Shown here piece by piece: positions 25,182 through 37,710 of a stretch of DNA of 64,000 nt. This stretch comes from Octopus sinensis (Eukaryota). The stretch is taken from the NCBI RefSeq assembly GCF_006345805.1, contig NC_043004.1:61876001-61940000 (forward strand). The letters are read 5' to 3'. The position numbers and the translations under genes are program-made. Below the pieces are notes generated by a model that was not told the origin of the DNA, made no database searches, and saw only the letters and a program-made list of their open reading frames with translations. Every line of letters begins with the position of its first letter. Positions within the stretch are counted from its first letter, which is position 1.

Positions 25182-25506
25182 CCAGGAGAGACAGACATAC
25201 ACGAGGCAGTAGTATCTATGCTCCGGGAATGTCTGCCCTAAAATTTTCAAAAACTACCGTAATCGCGCCAAACTTATCAGCAGCAAATATAAACTGTTGA
25301 TTTAATTTCAGAATAGTCAGAAAATCATCAATTAATCAATATAGGGTAGCAAAAAATTCAATAGAAATTTTTTCGCCACCAGCGGTCTAGTGAGAGAGAG
25401 GAAATAGTCAGAGACTATATTAATTGATGATTATATATATACATACACACACACATATATATATATGTGTGTGTGTGCGTGCGTGTATGTATGTATGCAT
25501 ATATAT

Positions 25507-25549
<43 letters not shown>

Positions 25550-25589
25550 CTTGTCAATTAATTGTAGCGTCACGACAGCACTAATGATG

Positions 25590-25634
<45 letters not shown>

Positions 25635-25682
25635 GTGAATTGAAGAAATGGAGCTGAACGAAGACTGAACAGAAATCGTTTT

Positions 25683-25773
25683 ATTTCATTCTACACGTGT
25701 TTCGAAAGGCACAATTTACCAAAATCCTATTGAATAATGAGACAATATTGTGTCTTTCTCTTCAGGAAGAAAT
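25683..25773 (-). ncRNA. Type I hammerhead in a ~200-bp (TA)n-flanked unit, predicted cleavage between 25692 and 25691 (GUA)
   Basis: Helix I ATTTCTTC/GAATGAAAT (1 bulge); CTGAAGA; helix II GAAAGACACAAT/ATTGTGCCTTTC (11 of 12 paired); GAAA; palindromic ACACGTGT. Confidence 0.8.
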
Positions 25774-26050
25774 AGGAAATCCGTTGGAAAAAACAAAAAC
25801 AGAACAGAGGCGGAGCAAAACAAATCGAACTATATATATATATATATATATATATGCAATGACTTCTTAATTCATGGCGTACATAAGAACTCTGAAAGTG
25901 AAAAGAAATGTAATAAAAATTTTGTTTTCAAAATGTTTTCCACTAGGAATTTTTCTGCACAAAGTACCTGTGTATTTTGTGCCTTTAATAATCTTCCAAA
26001 ATCATAACACATTGTTCTTCCTTTTTTTGTGTCTGTCATTAAATTGCGCT

Positions 26051-26203
<153 letters not shown>

Positions 26204-26204
26204 C

Positions 26205-26340
26205 TACTCATGGCCTGGTGGTTATGGCGTTGCACTAACGATCTAGAGAGCTTGGTTTCAATTCCCAGACCAGGTGGTGAGTTGTGTTCTTGTGAAACCC
26301 AGTTTGTTTCGCGCTGCTCTTCTTTCACTTCTACACCGGA
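26205..26340 (+). mobile_element. tRNA-derived SINE 5' portion
   Basis: TGGCCTGGTGGTTA (A-box-like), GGTTTCAATTCCC (B-box-like), then TTGTGTTCTTG. Confidence 0.65.
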
Positions 26341-26749
26341 TGCGTGCTACACTTTACACCTATTGATGCGACGTTGATTTGATATAAGACCGAGCTCATG
26401 TGCATAACAGACAATTCATCACTGTACACAAGCACTTTGTCTATTCGCAAACGCTGAATATTCATAAGGCGCCTCGAAAGTAGACTCCAATATATATTTG
26501 ATAAGCAGTAAATTTCTTGTCATGAATAACGTTAACACCAAATTCTAATAACATTTTTCATCGGGAATGATTTTAATGCGTTCTCAGATGGTGTAACAAT
26601 TACGGGTGGCATAGCCCTGAAAGGTGCTTTTTTGTCGTTCTGATAGTGGTAACAATTTGAGAAGAATCTCTGAAAAGAGCTGTAGCGTGTTCTCAGGTGG
26701 TGTAACTATGGAATGTAAAGTGGCCCTGAAAAGGGCCTTTTTTACGTTT

Positions 26750-27040
26750 GCGCCGTAAGCAACGGAACTGTTGCTGAAAAATGTGAAACAGGTGACAAAC
26801 GTGTGGGCCTCTCTGTGTGTATCTTTGTGTATGTATTTGTTCCCCATTGCTACTTCACAACCGTTGTTGATGCGTTTGCATCAGCATAATTTAGCGGTTA
26901 GCAAAAATATTTTGAAGGAATAATTAACAAGCTTTGTAAAAGTGGAGAACTGGGAAAAATTCGTTCAACTAAAATTCTTCAGTGTTAGCACCAGCATGAG
27001 CGCAATTTAATGACAGTCACAAATAAAAGGAAGAACACTG
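26750..27040 (+). mobile_element. Old diverged 3' half of the SINE family seen at 32962-33350
   Basis: TTAGCGGTT.GCAAAA..., CCAGCATGAGCGCAATTTAATGACAGTCACAAATAAAAG versus CCAGCATGGCCGCAGTCAAATGACTGAAACAAGTAAAAG. Confidence 0.6.
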
Positions 27041-27346
27041 TGTTATGATTTTGGAAGATTATTAAATGCACAATATACATAGTTATTTTGTGCAGAAGAA
27101 TTCCTAGTGGAAAACCTTTTGAAAACAAAATTTTTATTACATTTCTTTTCATTTTCAGAGTTCTTATTTGTACGCCATGAATTAAGAAGTCATTGTATAT
27201 GTGATGTGAAGCATATTAGAACCATAATGTCTATAATACATGCTGATGCCCTACGACTATTTTGGGTAATTTTTCTCATCGTTATACGCATTATTAATTA
27301 CTTATATTTTATCAGTGAAAGTGAAAGTTCGAGGCACAATTGAGAG

Positions 27347-29733
27347 TTAACCCTTGTCTATCAGTGAAAATGTATATCACCGCTTACCAACTGGGTACAA
27401 TGGACCCAATATTTTTCTTCTGAGTAAATTTTATTCAAACTGCCACTATTTCTTATGCTATCAAGTGAATGAAGAATTACTGTTTCTTAATTTTTTTTAA
27501 AAATCAATAACAGCTCACATAATATATTATAAATGTTTTAAAAAATACAAAATACACAATTACAGCGCTTCATGGCAGTAAATGCAGACAACATTGGAAT
27601 GTTCTTGGCAAACATGGATATTACAATTCTTACATTCTTACAGTTTTCCTGCGTTTTTGGGTCACACAAAGAATGTCCGACTTTTTTCTTTGGCTGAGGA
27701 ATCTCGAGGTTGAAGTCCGTCTTCTTTTCTTGTTTAGTTGAGAAATGTTAGCGGAACTATAAGATTGTTTGTCATGTTATTGCTTCGCATTAACTCCAGC
27801 AAATTCCTTTCCTAACTGAATTGAGCACTGTCTTCTGTCATCTTTGAAACTTTGCAAGTGAAGCTGTTTAGTAACAATGAAAGTATTCATAGCATTTATA
27901 TCAATCATGTTTTATAATGTAACCGTGGGCTATCTTCGAGTCATTCTTGTGCAAGTGTACGTCGTTATCATCTTATCTAGCGTATCTACTCCTCTTTTTG
28001 TTTTGTTGCAACTTGTAACAACTTAAGGTTTCGTTTCAGCACTTTTTGGATCAAAAGAAGGTTGAGAGTGCATTGTACTCATAAGTGTGACGACATACTT
28101 TTTCTTGGGACAATTCGATAGGATCATAGAATCCTTTTGAAATCCAAATATTGTGCTCTTGGTTTCTCTTTCGTTCCCATTTGTGAAAGCACTTGGAAGA
28201 TCAACTGTTTTGACTAATTGTTCCAACTAAAGTAGTTTTCTTGCTAAGCAGCTTTCGAGCCAATCCTAGGCTTGTAAAAAGATCATCACAAGTTATATTG
28301 CGACCTGTATTTTCAAGTTATTTTACTAGGTCTGCAACAACTCTTCAACCTTGATTTGTCTCTCTCCCTTTTACTGGGTCTTTTCCAGTGTAGATTTGCA
28401 TTTTCCAGGTATAAGATTTTCACAGTTCTATATGAATTCCATATTTCCTTGGTTTTGAAGGAATATATACCCGGAATGGGCAACGCTCTCTGAATGAAAC
28501 TAATCGTTCATCAACTGTCATGCATGAACTTGGAACATATCCATCTTGCAAATTCTGATTCCACATTTCAAATACTTCTCTTATGGGCTTCAATTTATTT
28601 TTATTTCTCTTTTTTCTTCTTGCCCTAACATCATCAAAACGCAATACTTGTAAAATCAGTTGAAATATTCCCCGGCTCATAATTTTGTTGAATGTTGGGC
28701 GGCCGTCTTGACTCCATAACTGCAAGATATCTTCAAGCTTAGATTTATAAAAACATAAAAGAATAATAAGTCCTATAAATTTCTTCAGTTCAGAGTTAAC
28801 AATTTCCTTCCAATTATCTTTGTAAGCAACCTGACTTTTAACATGTGTCCATTTACGAATTACTTTAAGATTCTGGCGCATAAATATAGTAAAATATGTT
28901 TCAATGACATCGCAAGACCTTTTAGCAAAATGGGATGGCCTACATTCTTGGTGCACAATGAAGTTCTTATTGCTGCTTGAGTTAGAGGAATAGAATGCCA
29001 AACATTGTGTCTGTCTCTAGAAACATATTGCTCATTCATAATTGGGTGGTTTGCAGATATTTGTTTTTAAGTATATTCATTATCTGATGACACAGAAACT
29101 AAAGTGTCCAGCGCACAGTCACTTTCACTATCATCTTCAGAGCAATAGAAGGAATCACTATGTTCTTCCCATTCTTCATCTAATTCCAATAACATTTCGA
29201 TATTTGGTCTTCACTCAGGTCTTCAGGTCTAGGCATACTGGGAAGCACAACTGAACTATTGCCCTCTCACATATTTTTACTCTTCTGAAAGATGATGCAA
29301 TCTATTGCAAGAATTGCATCATGGCATAAAATTATTGCATCGCCCTATAACGTACAGATTGTAGGTGATGCAATACCACAAATTTACAGGAATGTTTTCA
29401 TAATCGTTCCCATTTTTTCTAAAATTCAGCAAATAAATTGAATACAATTTTATCTATTTTATATCTGATTAAAATCAAGGAAATTAATATTTGATACTGT
29501 TTTTATTGTTTAGAATGACAAGAGTGTTGTCTGAATTAAATTCGAGGGTCCAATGGTAATTAATGTTTAAAGTGAAATTTTGAAGATTTTATAGATATGC
29601 AGAAATTATACCATTAGACAAATAAAACAGAGTAAAAATATAAGTCACAAGAAATCAGTAGAATCAAATGATATAAACAGTAGGAAAAAGCAACTGAAAA
29701 AACGTTGGACCCGTTGGTAGGCAGAAGTGTAAA
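27347..29733 (-). mobile_element. Decayed piggyBac DNA transposon (~2.4 kb)
   Basis: TTAA-CCCT terminus at 27347 and a degenerate counterpart near 29733. Transposase motifs LKKFIGLIIL, IMSR..F..I.QVLRFDD, TVDE, RCPFRVYIPSKPRKYGI, NITCDDLFTS, GVDTLD, and C-terminal CKNCNIHVCQEH..VCIYC. Multiple stops and frameshifts. Confidence 0.9.
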
Positions 29734-30691
29734 GTACTGTAAGAGAGAAATACGATCATCAATTATACTATTGGCGAGAAATATATTTATCTACTAAGAC
29801 ATTCCGTTGTTTATGGATTTCATTTTTTTCTTCCTTTAATCTTATTCATATGGCGTATTGGAGTGTATCGTTCAGTTTATCTGTTTTCCAAATTCACACA
29901 ATCGATTCCTTTTATTAAATAAAAATGAAATGTGTAAAAGACTGGGCGTGAACAACATACCGCTGGACTGCAACAGATACAAGATGAAGTTTCTGTTTTT
30001 AGAAAATCAACTATGTACATATATATGAGGGTATATTTACATAAATATATATTGTTCTTTCAGCTCCTGACTAAGAGAATAATATACATCTCTAATTGAT
30101 TGTTTTCCGCTACATTTCGTTGTTAAAGCGGGACACTCACGGACAATGAGAGAATGATATCAACGCTCTAGAGATAGACACCACCTATTTCAAAAATGAC
30201 TGGAAATTTAAATAAAATATATTGAATTACACTAGAGATACGGAACATTTTAAGGTTGCGAATTACTGGCATGCCAGATATTGACCAAACAGGTTCGTGG
30301 TATTTGCAACACCTCTTTAGATACCGAATTCCACGCAATTTGAATAGAGGGCAGACTTAACATCAATCTATCGGGAGTAAAGAAAGTAAAGTGCCAGTTA
30401 TGAATGACGGTCAGTCGGAATTGCAGCTTATTCGTAGGTGTGTTGGCCATTATAAATACTTCATACATTTTTTGAAGTACAACCGTATGTTTGTTTGTTT
30501 GCATGTATGTATGTATGTATGTATGTATGTATGTATGTATACACACATATGTAGCGAGAGAGAGTGAGATGAATAGCTATACTATGACACAATATTATGT
30601 GTGCTTGCAAAAATACACGGGTATTTATATGCAGGTGCAGTTATGTATATAAGTATGTTCATATTTTAGTCAGATAAATATAGGAAGAAGT

Positions 30692-30905
30692 AGGTGGGCT
30701 GGGAGAATTGTCACCATACCGGACAAAATGCTCAGGTTCATATGGCCGAACTTAGCATTCTGTGTTCAAATTCCACAGAGATCGACCTTGGCTTTCATCC
30801 ATTTATGCTTTATAAAATAGGCACCAGTTGAGCACTGGGATCGATGTAATAAACTTACGGCTTCCCTCGAAATAAATGACCTTTTTGCCAAAATTTGAAT
30901 TCAGA
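30692..30905 (+). mobile_element. Degenerate SINE (family of 11317 and 37011)
   Basis: TTCTGTGTTCAAATTCCACAGAGATCGACCTTGGCTTTCATCC..CACCAGTTGAGCACTGGGATCGATGTAAT. Confidence 0.7.
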
Positions 30906-32170
30906 ATTCAGCTAGGAATAAGAAACTTTAATAACTGTTCGTCATATATACTAATATCTAGGAACATCAGTGAAGAAAAATTCATAAACTTTGAGCTAAT
31001 ATCAGACAGTTTACAGGAAAAATCTAGAAGTGACTAATGGAAATACTGCCTAGTGGTTTTAATGAACATTTCACTTATACCAATTTGAGTTAGTAGCATA
31101 TATGTATTACATTGTCTCAGCACTGGGAAATCGAAATCCTATTAAAATGTTTTGCAAAGCAGAATTTGAAAGATAACGTTTTGTATAATGTTTTGCCTGA
31201 AGCGGCATATAACATATTTGAAATAATACAAGTTCACTTAGGTTATAGACGCACTAAAGAAGTGCCTTGTGATATATTTATAGTATATTTAATGTAAGTA
31301 AAAAGAATGTTCAAAATTAAGGTAACAAAAATAAACAAGCATAATTCAAGCAATCTTTCATAACAGATTCAATTCTAAATTATATTTAATATATTTTGTA
31401 AGATAGAAATATACTTCCAAACTTAATGCAAAGTACATATCACCTACTTTTCGTTATACGATATTACATTCTTATAAATCAAAATTGAATTTATTCAAAT
31501 TTTACATGATAAAAATTGAATTTACTTCTACGTTTGCATAATAAAAACATTGTTTCTAAAACTGCCAACCGATATTATGACTTGTAAGTGAGAAATCATA
31601 AAAAATTATTAAATTGGATTTTAAATGTTATGGAGCAACCTGCACTGAAATGTATGAGTGAGAAAATCAGGAAAACTAAAAATAAGATACGAAATACAAT
31701 GGATGTATCAAATCACAGCGAATTTTATTTCTAGGTAATCATTTGCATTTACAGGAATGATTAATCCCATTCAATCTTCAACCATGCATTCGATATCAAA
31801 GGATGATTTACATTTATAAAAAAAACCCATACATTCTAGAAAAAGCATAAAGAAATATATTGCAATGAAATATATAAAAGAACACGAAAATAGAAATTGG
31901 GCGAAACACAAAGAGGATTTGAAGTATTTTAATTAACGTTATAATTAAATGTATTAGAAGAACACTCAACATAATGTGAGGCAGAATATTGTAATTAGAT
32001 ATTGATTGAGTATTCTGACGCCAGCAGTGGTGTTTTCAAAGCAAAATTATTTTAGTAAAATTTATATTCAAATTTGGTCTGTGAATATTGATTTCTTATG
32101 AAGTGGTTATGATTTTAGCAGTAACAATTCGATCCTGCATACAGGCATGTGCGATTGTGAGAGTCTGTGT

Positions 32171-32319
<149 letters not shown>

Positions 32320-32961
32320 TCATTATAAATTACTTAGCATGGCTCCTCAAAAAGCATATCTCTGAATGCCTAGAAGTGTCTCCCAAATAGCTGATGGCAT
32401 GCTCTGAAGTGACATATAAAAGGAAATATCAATAGAAAACTGGATGGCGCATGAGGAAATATATCTCAGGGTTATTACGTCCTATTAATATGGGCATAAC
32501 TGCTGGCCTTGTTCTATAATTTCAAACTCTTATTACGAGGATAATTAAGGCATGGACGTGACAGGCTTCTTAGCACGCTAGATAAAAGGCTCAGCGTCTT
32601 CTCGACCGTATTTACGTTCTAAGTTTAAATTCAGATGCGATCTTATTTCCCTTTCCCTTATCGACTAGTCCAGAAACTTTGCTGGCTTCACGTCTATAGT
32701 ACGATTATTGTAAGTGCGATTTGCGTACAACAATCATGAGAACGTCGGCAATATTTTTCATCTCGTTTATTCCCTCTTAAGTTCCTATCCCCTCCTGGGA
32801 CTTTTCCCTTTCGTCGCTCCTGTGTCAATAATATATGGTACAGGTTAAGTACTTGTACCTATACAAACCATGTCCCAACAAAATTAACCGTGAGCTTAAA
32901 TTACAAAGAAATTACAAAGGTTAATAGAATAGTTAGAAAGTCTAATACGAAATGAAAATAA

Positions 32962-33350
32962 GCGCCACATGAGTGGCTGTGTGGTAAGTAGCTTGTTTAC
33001 CAATCACATGGTTCCGGGTTCAGTCCCATTGCGTGGTGTCTTCTACTATGGCCTCGGGCCGACCAAAGTCTTGTGAGTGGATTTGGTAGACGGAAACTGA
33101 AAGAAGCCTGTCGTATATATGTATATATATATATATATATGCGGGGGGTGTTTGTGTGTCTGTATTTATGTGTCTGCTGGTGTGTTTATGTCCTCGTTAC
33201 TTAGCGGTTCGGCAAAAGATACCGATAGCATAAGTACTGGGCTTACAAAAGAATAAGTCCCGGGGTCGAGTTGCTCGATTAAAGGCGGTGCTCCAGCATG
33301 GCCGCAGTCAAATGACTGAAACAAGTAAAAGAGTAAAAGAGTAAAAGAGT
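32962..33350 (+). mobile_element. Near full-length tRNA-derived SINE with an internal (TA)n tract and a (GTAAAAGA)3 tail
   Basis: GGCTGTGTGGTAAG (A-box-like), GGTTCAGTCCC (B-box-like), a central GC-richer body and a repeated 8-mer tail. Confidence 0.88.
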
Positions 33351-34375
33351 TATACACAAAATTATATCAAACTCACAGAGATAGAGCGTAAGCGATGAGG
33401 CTGTAAATATACCACGAACTCTCTTTGTCGCACTATGTATAAAAAGAATAGATTGATGTATTTGCACTTGCTCACAAATGCGTATTTGTGAGTTAAATAG
33501 ATATCATGATTCAACGCATGTGTCAGACTATATCACTTTCAAACATTTGCAACGCACACATGTGCATAAACCCACTTACACACGCACACACATATAGAAA
33601 TACACACAAACACAAAAACAAACACATACACACACGCGCACGTATGTAAGCGATGGAACACTTAAATACACGGATTACGATCATTTCACAGCTAAAATAA
33701 TGTCTGCTACATAACGTATATCCTACATAGAACTGCTTAACTTATCTTCATGTCCCATTATATATAGGTTGTTTACATTGCCACATGAAGATGAAAGAAA
33801 TATATTACAGAACTAAACCGCAACACGAATGTCAAATTCAAAGCAGCAAAAAGTATTATAACCAAACGAACAATGAACGTAATTGTAAGTAGATTGCCCA
33901 TATGGGAAAAAAAGTTAGGAGTATTTATAAATATCATTAAGTCTAAAGAGCAAGAAGATATGTTGAAAGGTAAGAGAAGTGGGAAGGAGTGGCAATATGG
34001 CAATATAATTCTTTTACACCAAGGCGCAACGGAGAGAATAAGAGATAAAGAACTATTAGTGTAAGGGCCCAGCTTAAATGAATTATTGAAACACACTGAC
34101 GGTAATGTGTACACAAAGGAGTAATTAAAGCTTCTGATCTAAAATAATGCAACATAAAATACAATATCTTGCTGGGTTTTTTTGGGGGTGGGGGTGACTA
34201 TGCTAATGGTAATAATCACACGTAGTGCTTCAGTACCACTTCATAGTTATCTGCCAGTCGGTTACATATGTGACCCATTATCTCATCCACCCTATCTTTA
34301 AAGTGTTAGTGAAACTATCATTTGTTTATGTGTATGTCAATCTCCTCTCGTCGTCGGTTGATTGTTTAATTAATA

Positions 34376-34389
34376 CAAATAATAATAAC

Positions 34390-34421
<32 letters not shown>

Positions 34422-34492
34422 CATCAACAAACACAATAATAATAATAATAACAACAACAAAAACAACGATAATAATAATAATAATAATAATA

Positions 34493-34531
<39 letters not shown>

Positions 34532-34576
34532 ATAGTAATATTAATAATAATAATGATAACGATGACGATGATGACG

Positions 34577-34632
<56 letters not shown>
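34376..34632. repeat. Compound (AAT/AAC)n-(TAT)n-(GAT)n microsatellite
   Basis: Read directly; it explains the poly-N/Y/D/M ORFs. Confidence 0.95.
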
Positions 34633-34634
<2 letters not shown>

Positions 34635-34906
34635 CTATAGTTTCATTATTTCTGTATTACAAATTGATATTCCAGAAATCGACAAAACAGAAAATCACTT
34701 TGATGTCTTCCAAATTTGCGACTCTGCTAACACATTTTAGAGAAGTCTTCAATCAAGTACCTATATTTCAGTGCTCGAACAGTATGTAAACTTGAAAGAA
34801 ATGACGTTAAGAATTTTCCGGGTCACTAACGATTGTGTCAGCTTTTAAATTAGGCATCAATGCTAAGAAGCGCCATCCACAATATTATGTCATGTTAAAA
34901 TTTATC

Positions 34907-35954
34907 TATAGCGTAGACTCTGGTGAAATTCCTCTTCCCTATTAATTATATATACGTGCATTCAAACGTAGCAAGGAGCAGCTAGCCTCTGGCTGCTATT
35001 TGGATCTCGCTGTATCCACTAATCTGATTCGTTGGTATTGGTACAATTTGTCTCCTATTAGGTGTTGTGGCAACTTGCCGCATATAACCGGTCAGATGCT
35101 CTTAATAGAATCATGTAGGACAACCTATATACTACCCAGGTTTCGCCTACAGCCCCTTATAAAAAAACTCACCTTTTCCTTGTTCCACGTCCTTAGTTTC
35201 AGACCGTTTAACTACTAGTCACTGGCCACAAAGACACAGCCAGTTCCAGCGACGATTACCACTACCACTACCACATAAGCTACGTTGAGACTTACCAACT
35301 TCGTTCAACAGCATTATGGTAACCTTCTTCATCGTTGTCACCATCATGTTCGTAACGTCGTCAACATCATATATCTACGTACACGGCTCTGCAAGCTATT
35401 TATCCAACTTCCAACAGCTCACTATAGGTGAATTATTTCACTACGGATCAAAAGTGAATATACAACCTGTATGATCTCCTGTACCACGTGACCAGGCAGC
35501 GGCATCACATCCACGACTTCACGTACATGTACCTGTAACCTGCTCAGCATCATATCCGTGATTTCTTGATACTGCATTTCAACTACTACGCATGACTGAC
35601 TAAGAACTGATATTGTTATCTTTCTTAAGTCTATGGACCTACTTCTCATTTCAATGGTTTATAGATCCTTCCACTGTCTTCTTCTTGTAGTCATCCTTAA
35701 ATGTACTTAATACACGCGCATAGATATATGCTTCCACACACACATAGGTTTTGTTCACCTGGTGGCCTGTCAATTATTCTGTATACATGACGCACACACA
35801 GACACATAACATCATATTAAATAATATTCTCTTAATCATTGCTATGCTGTTGTGCCTCTTTCCATCCGTTCAATTCAATTTCTCTTTATTGTAACGGCTG
35901 TGTGATGCAGTACAAAGAAGTCATCCTCGTAACCTCGCATTCAAGGTCGTTACA
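34907..35954 (+). mobile_element. LTR homologous to 4932-5852 (~1050 bp)
   Basis: Starts TATAGCG (compare TGTAGCG) and ends GTTACA. Shared blocks include GAAATTCCTCT, CTGATT.GTTGGTATTGGT, TATAAAA (35158), TTTCAGACC, GTGAATTA.TTCAC, ATGACGCACACAC and CACCTCGCAT/AACCTCGCAT. Confidence 0.8.
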
Positions 35955-36012
35955 AATTAGTGACCCGACTTAGAACACGCAACCACGGCCATTACAAAAT
36001 GGTGACCGTGAC
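35955..36012 (+). promoter_or_regulatory. Primer-binding-site-like motifs after the LTR, present twice
   Basis: TTACA-AATTAGTGACCCGAC and TTACA-AAATGGTGACCGTGAC. TGGTGAC just after the LTR end is typical of a tRNA PBS. Confidence 0.55.
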
Positions 36013-37010
36013 TAAAGAACCATCGCTCAATCATTCCATTACTAAGTACTAACCCCGTGAAGAACAGGGATCTTTAAATTCTTTGTTTAGTGCCAGTTTT
36101 CATTTTAATGACCAATCGTGTTTTCTAATTTCACCTCTTCGGTACAGATATATCTTCCTTTTATCGTCTATTGTTGTACAAAAACTAATACTTCATTTTA
36201 CGAGCTGAGATTCGAAACCGAACCTAAGGATTCTCGCTCGCCTGATCCACTACTGGCCGAACATGCGCGAAAGAAATTTCTTTGTCTTGTCAAAAAAGTG
36301 ATGGATGGATTTCCATTCAACCTTCGACCTGAGATGTTTCACTGAAGGTTCAACTAGACAGCAGGTTACCTTGATAAGTAGAAACTACTCCTATGGTATA
36401 TATGTTCATCTCGCTCGGATGACCATTATAAATACAGTCAGACACACAAGAGAAAAGCAGAGAGCTGTCATAGTCAAGCAGCCAACAAAGTGCTATACAA
36501 TCAGCATGAGCCAACGATGATAACCAATGACACAACATAGTACAGAACAGAAACAGACAGGAGATTAAAGCAACATGACCTTACCAAATGACCAATACAT
36601 ACACAGACAAAATATATGCCGTTTACTATCTCATCATATCGACATACTATTTCTTCTGTTGCATTTTTTTAATTCGCGAAATCGAAGCAGCTAGAAACAT
36701 CATGTAGCGGTTTTCTTTGATATTGTAAATCAACTTCGTGTATCCAACAAGTAAATGCAAGAGCTGATCAAATAAATTATTTAAACTACATTCCAATGCT
36801 TTGCTCGTTGTTTTACTTTAGTGCCGTCCAACACACCTATCTCCATCTGCTAAACGCAACATTGAATCATCAACGACACCTGTTGCTACACATCCCACTA
36901 CATATCAATAATCGCTAAAGTTATTTTCTTAAAAGCATTTGCGAGATACAGAGAAATAGGTCACATTAAGTTCGTTTTTGAGAACTTGCTGATACACCAA
37001 GATACTCTTA

Positions 37011-37374
37011 TCTACTCTAGGCACAATGACCCGAATTTGGAGGGAGAAGCCAGTCGATTAGATTGAGCCCAGTACGCATCTGGTACTTAATTTATCGACC
37101 CCAAAAGGATGAAGAATTTGAACTCAGAACGTAGTGGCAGACGAAATACCTATTTCTTTACTACCCACAAGGCGCTAAACACAGGGAGGACAGACAGGAC
37201 AGAGAGACGGATTAAGTCGATTATATCGACCCCAGTGCGTAACTGGTACTTATGTAATCGACCCCGAAAGGATGAAAGCCAAAGTCGACCTCGGCAGAAT
37301 TTGAACTCAGAAGATAGCGGTAGACGAAATACCGCTAAGCATTTCGCCCTGCGTGCTAACGTTTCTGCCAGCTC
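37011..37374 (-). mobile_element. Composite (two-module) SINE
   Basis: The module TTCTGAGTTCAAATT..TCATCCTTT..GGGGTCGAT..AAGTACCAG..ACTGGG.TC.AT.TAATCGACT occurs twice. The distal module lacks the CGCCGAGGTCGACTTTG segment. Confidence 0.85.
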
Positions 37375-37710
37375 ACAGACTTTGATACAATGCGATATTG
37401 CAAGAAGAGCATTTGTCACCATGTTTATGTTAGTGTTTGTGTCTGAGCTTAAAGCTGCGCTATTTTCATATGCTAATGTAACAAAATACAAGAAGTTATT
37501 CTAAACCAAACATGCATTCATGGATTGAATCAACATCTGGAGGTCCTTTATCAACCATAGTACAAAATATCTGAGAGGTTACATGTATGGCAGGTGTAAT
37601 TACTTCTTAGTTTGGGATGAAGATTGTTAAATTTCTCTTCAAGCGAGCCTGGAAATAGAACTTGTTACAAAGACAGGTCACACGATTGTGAGATTGGAAG
37701 ATGTAGTATG

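Noticed and set aside
29084-29110. CTGATGA-CACA-GAAAC string
   Set aside because: No helix II, and it lies within the piggyBac coding remnant.
30250-30490. Possible mariner-type terminus (reverse complement TACGGTTGTACTTCAAAAAA)
   Set aside because: No partner TIR or transposase motif recognised.
32962-33030. SINE heads as tRNA genes (also 1917, 2177, 26205)
   Set aside because: A/B-box-like motifs are present, but there is no complete cloverleaf and they continue into SINE bodies.
33773-34164. Overlapping 60-113 aa ORFs
   Set aside because: No recognisable domain, splice context or repeat-family match.
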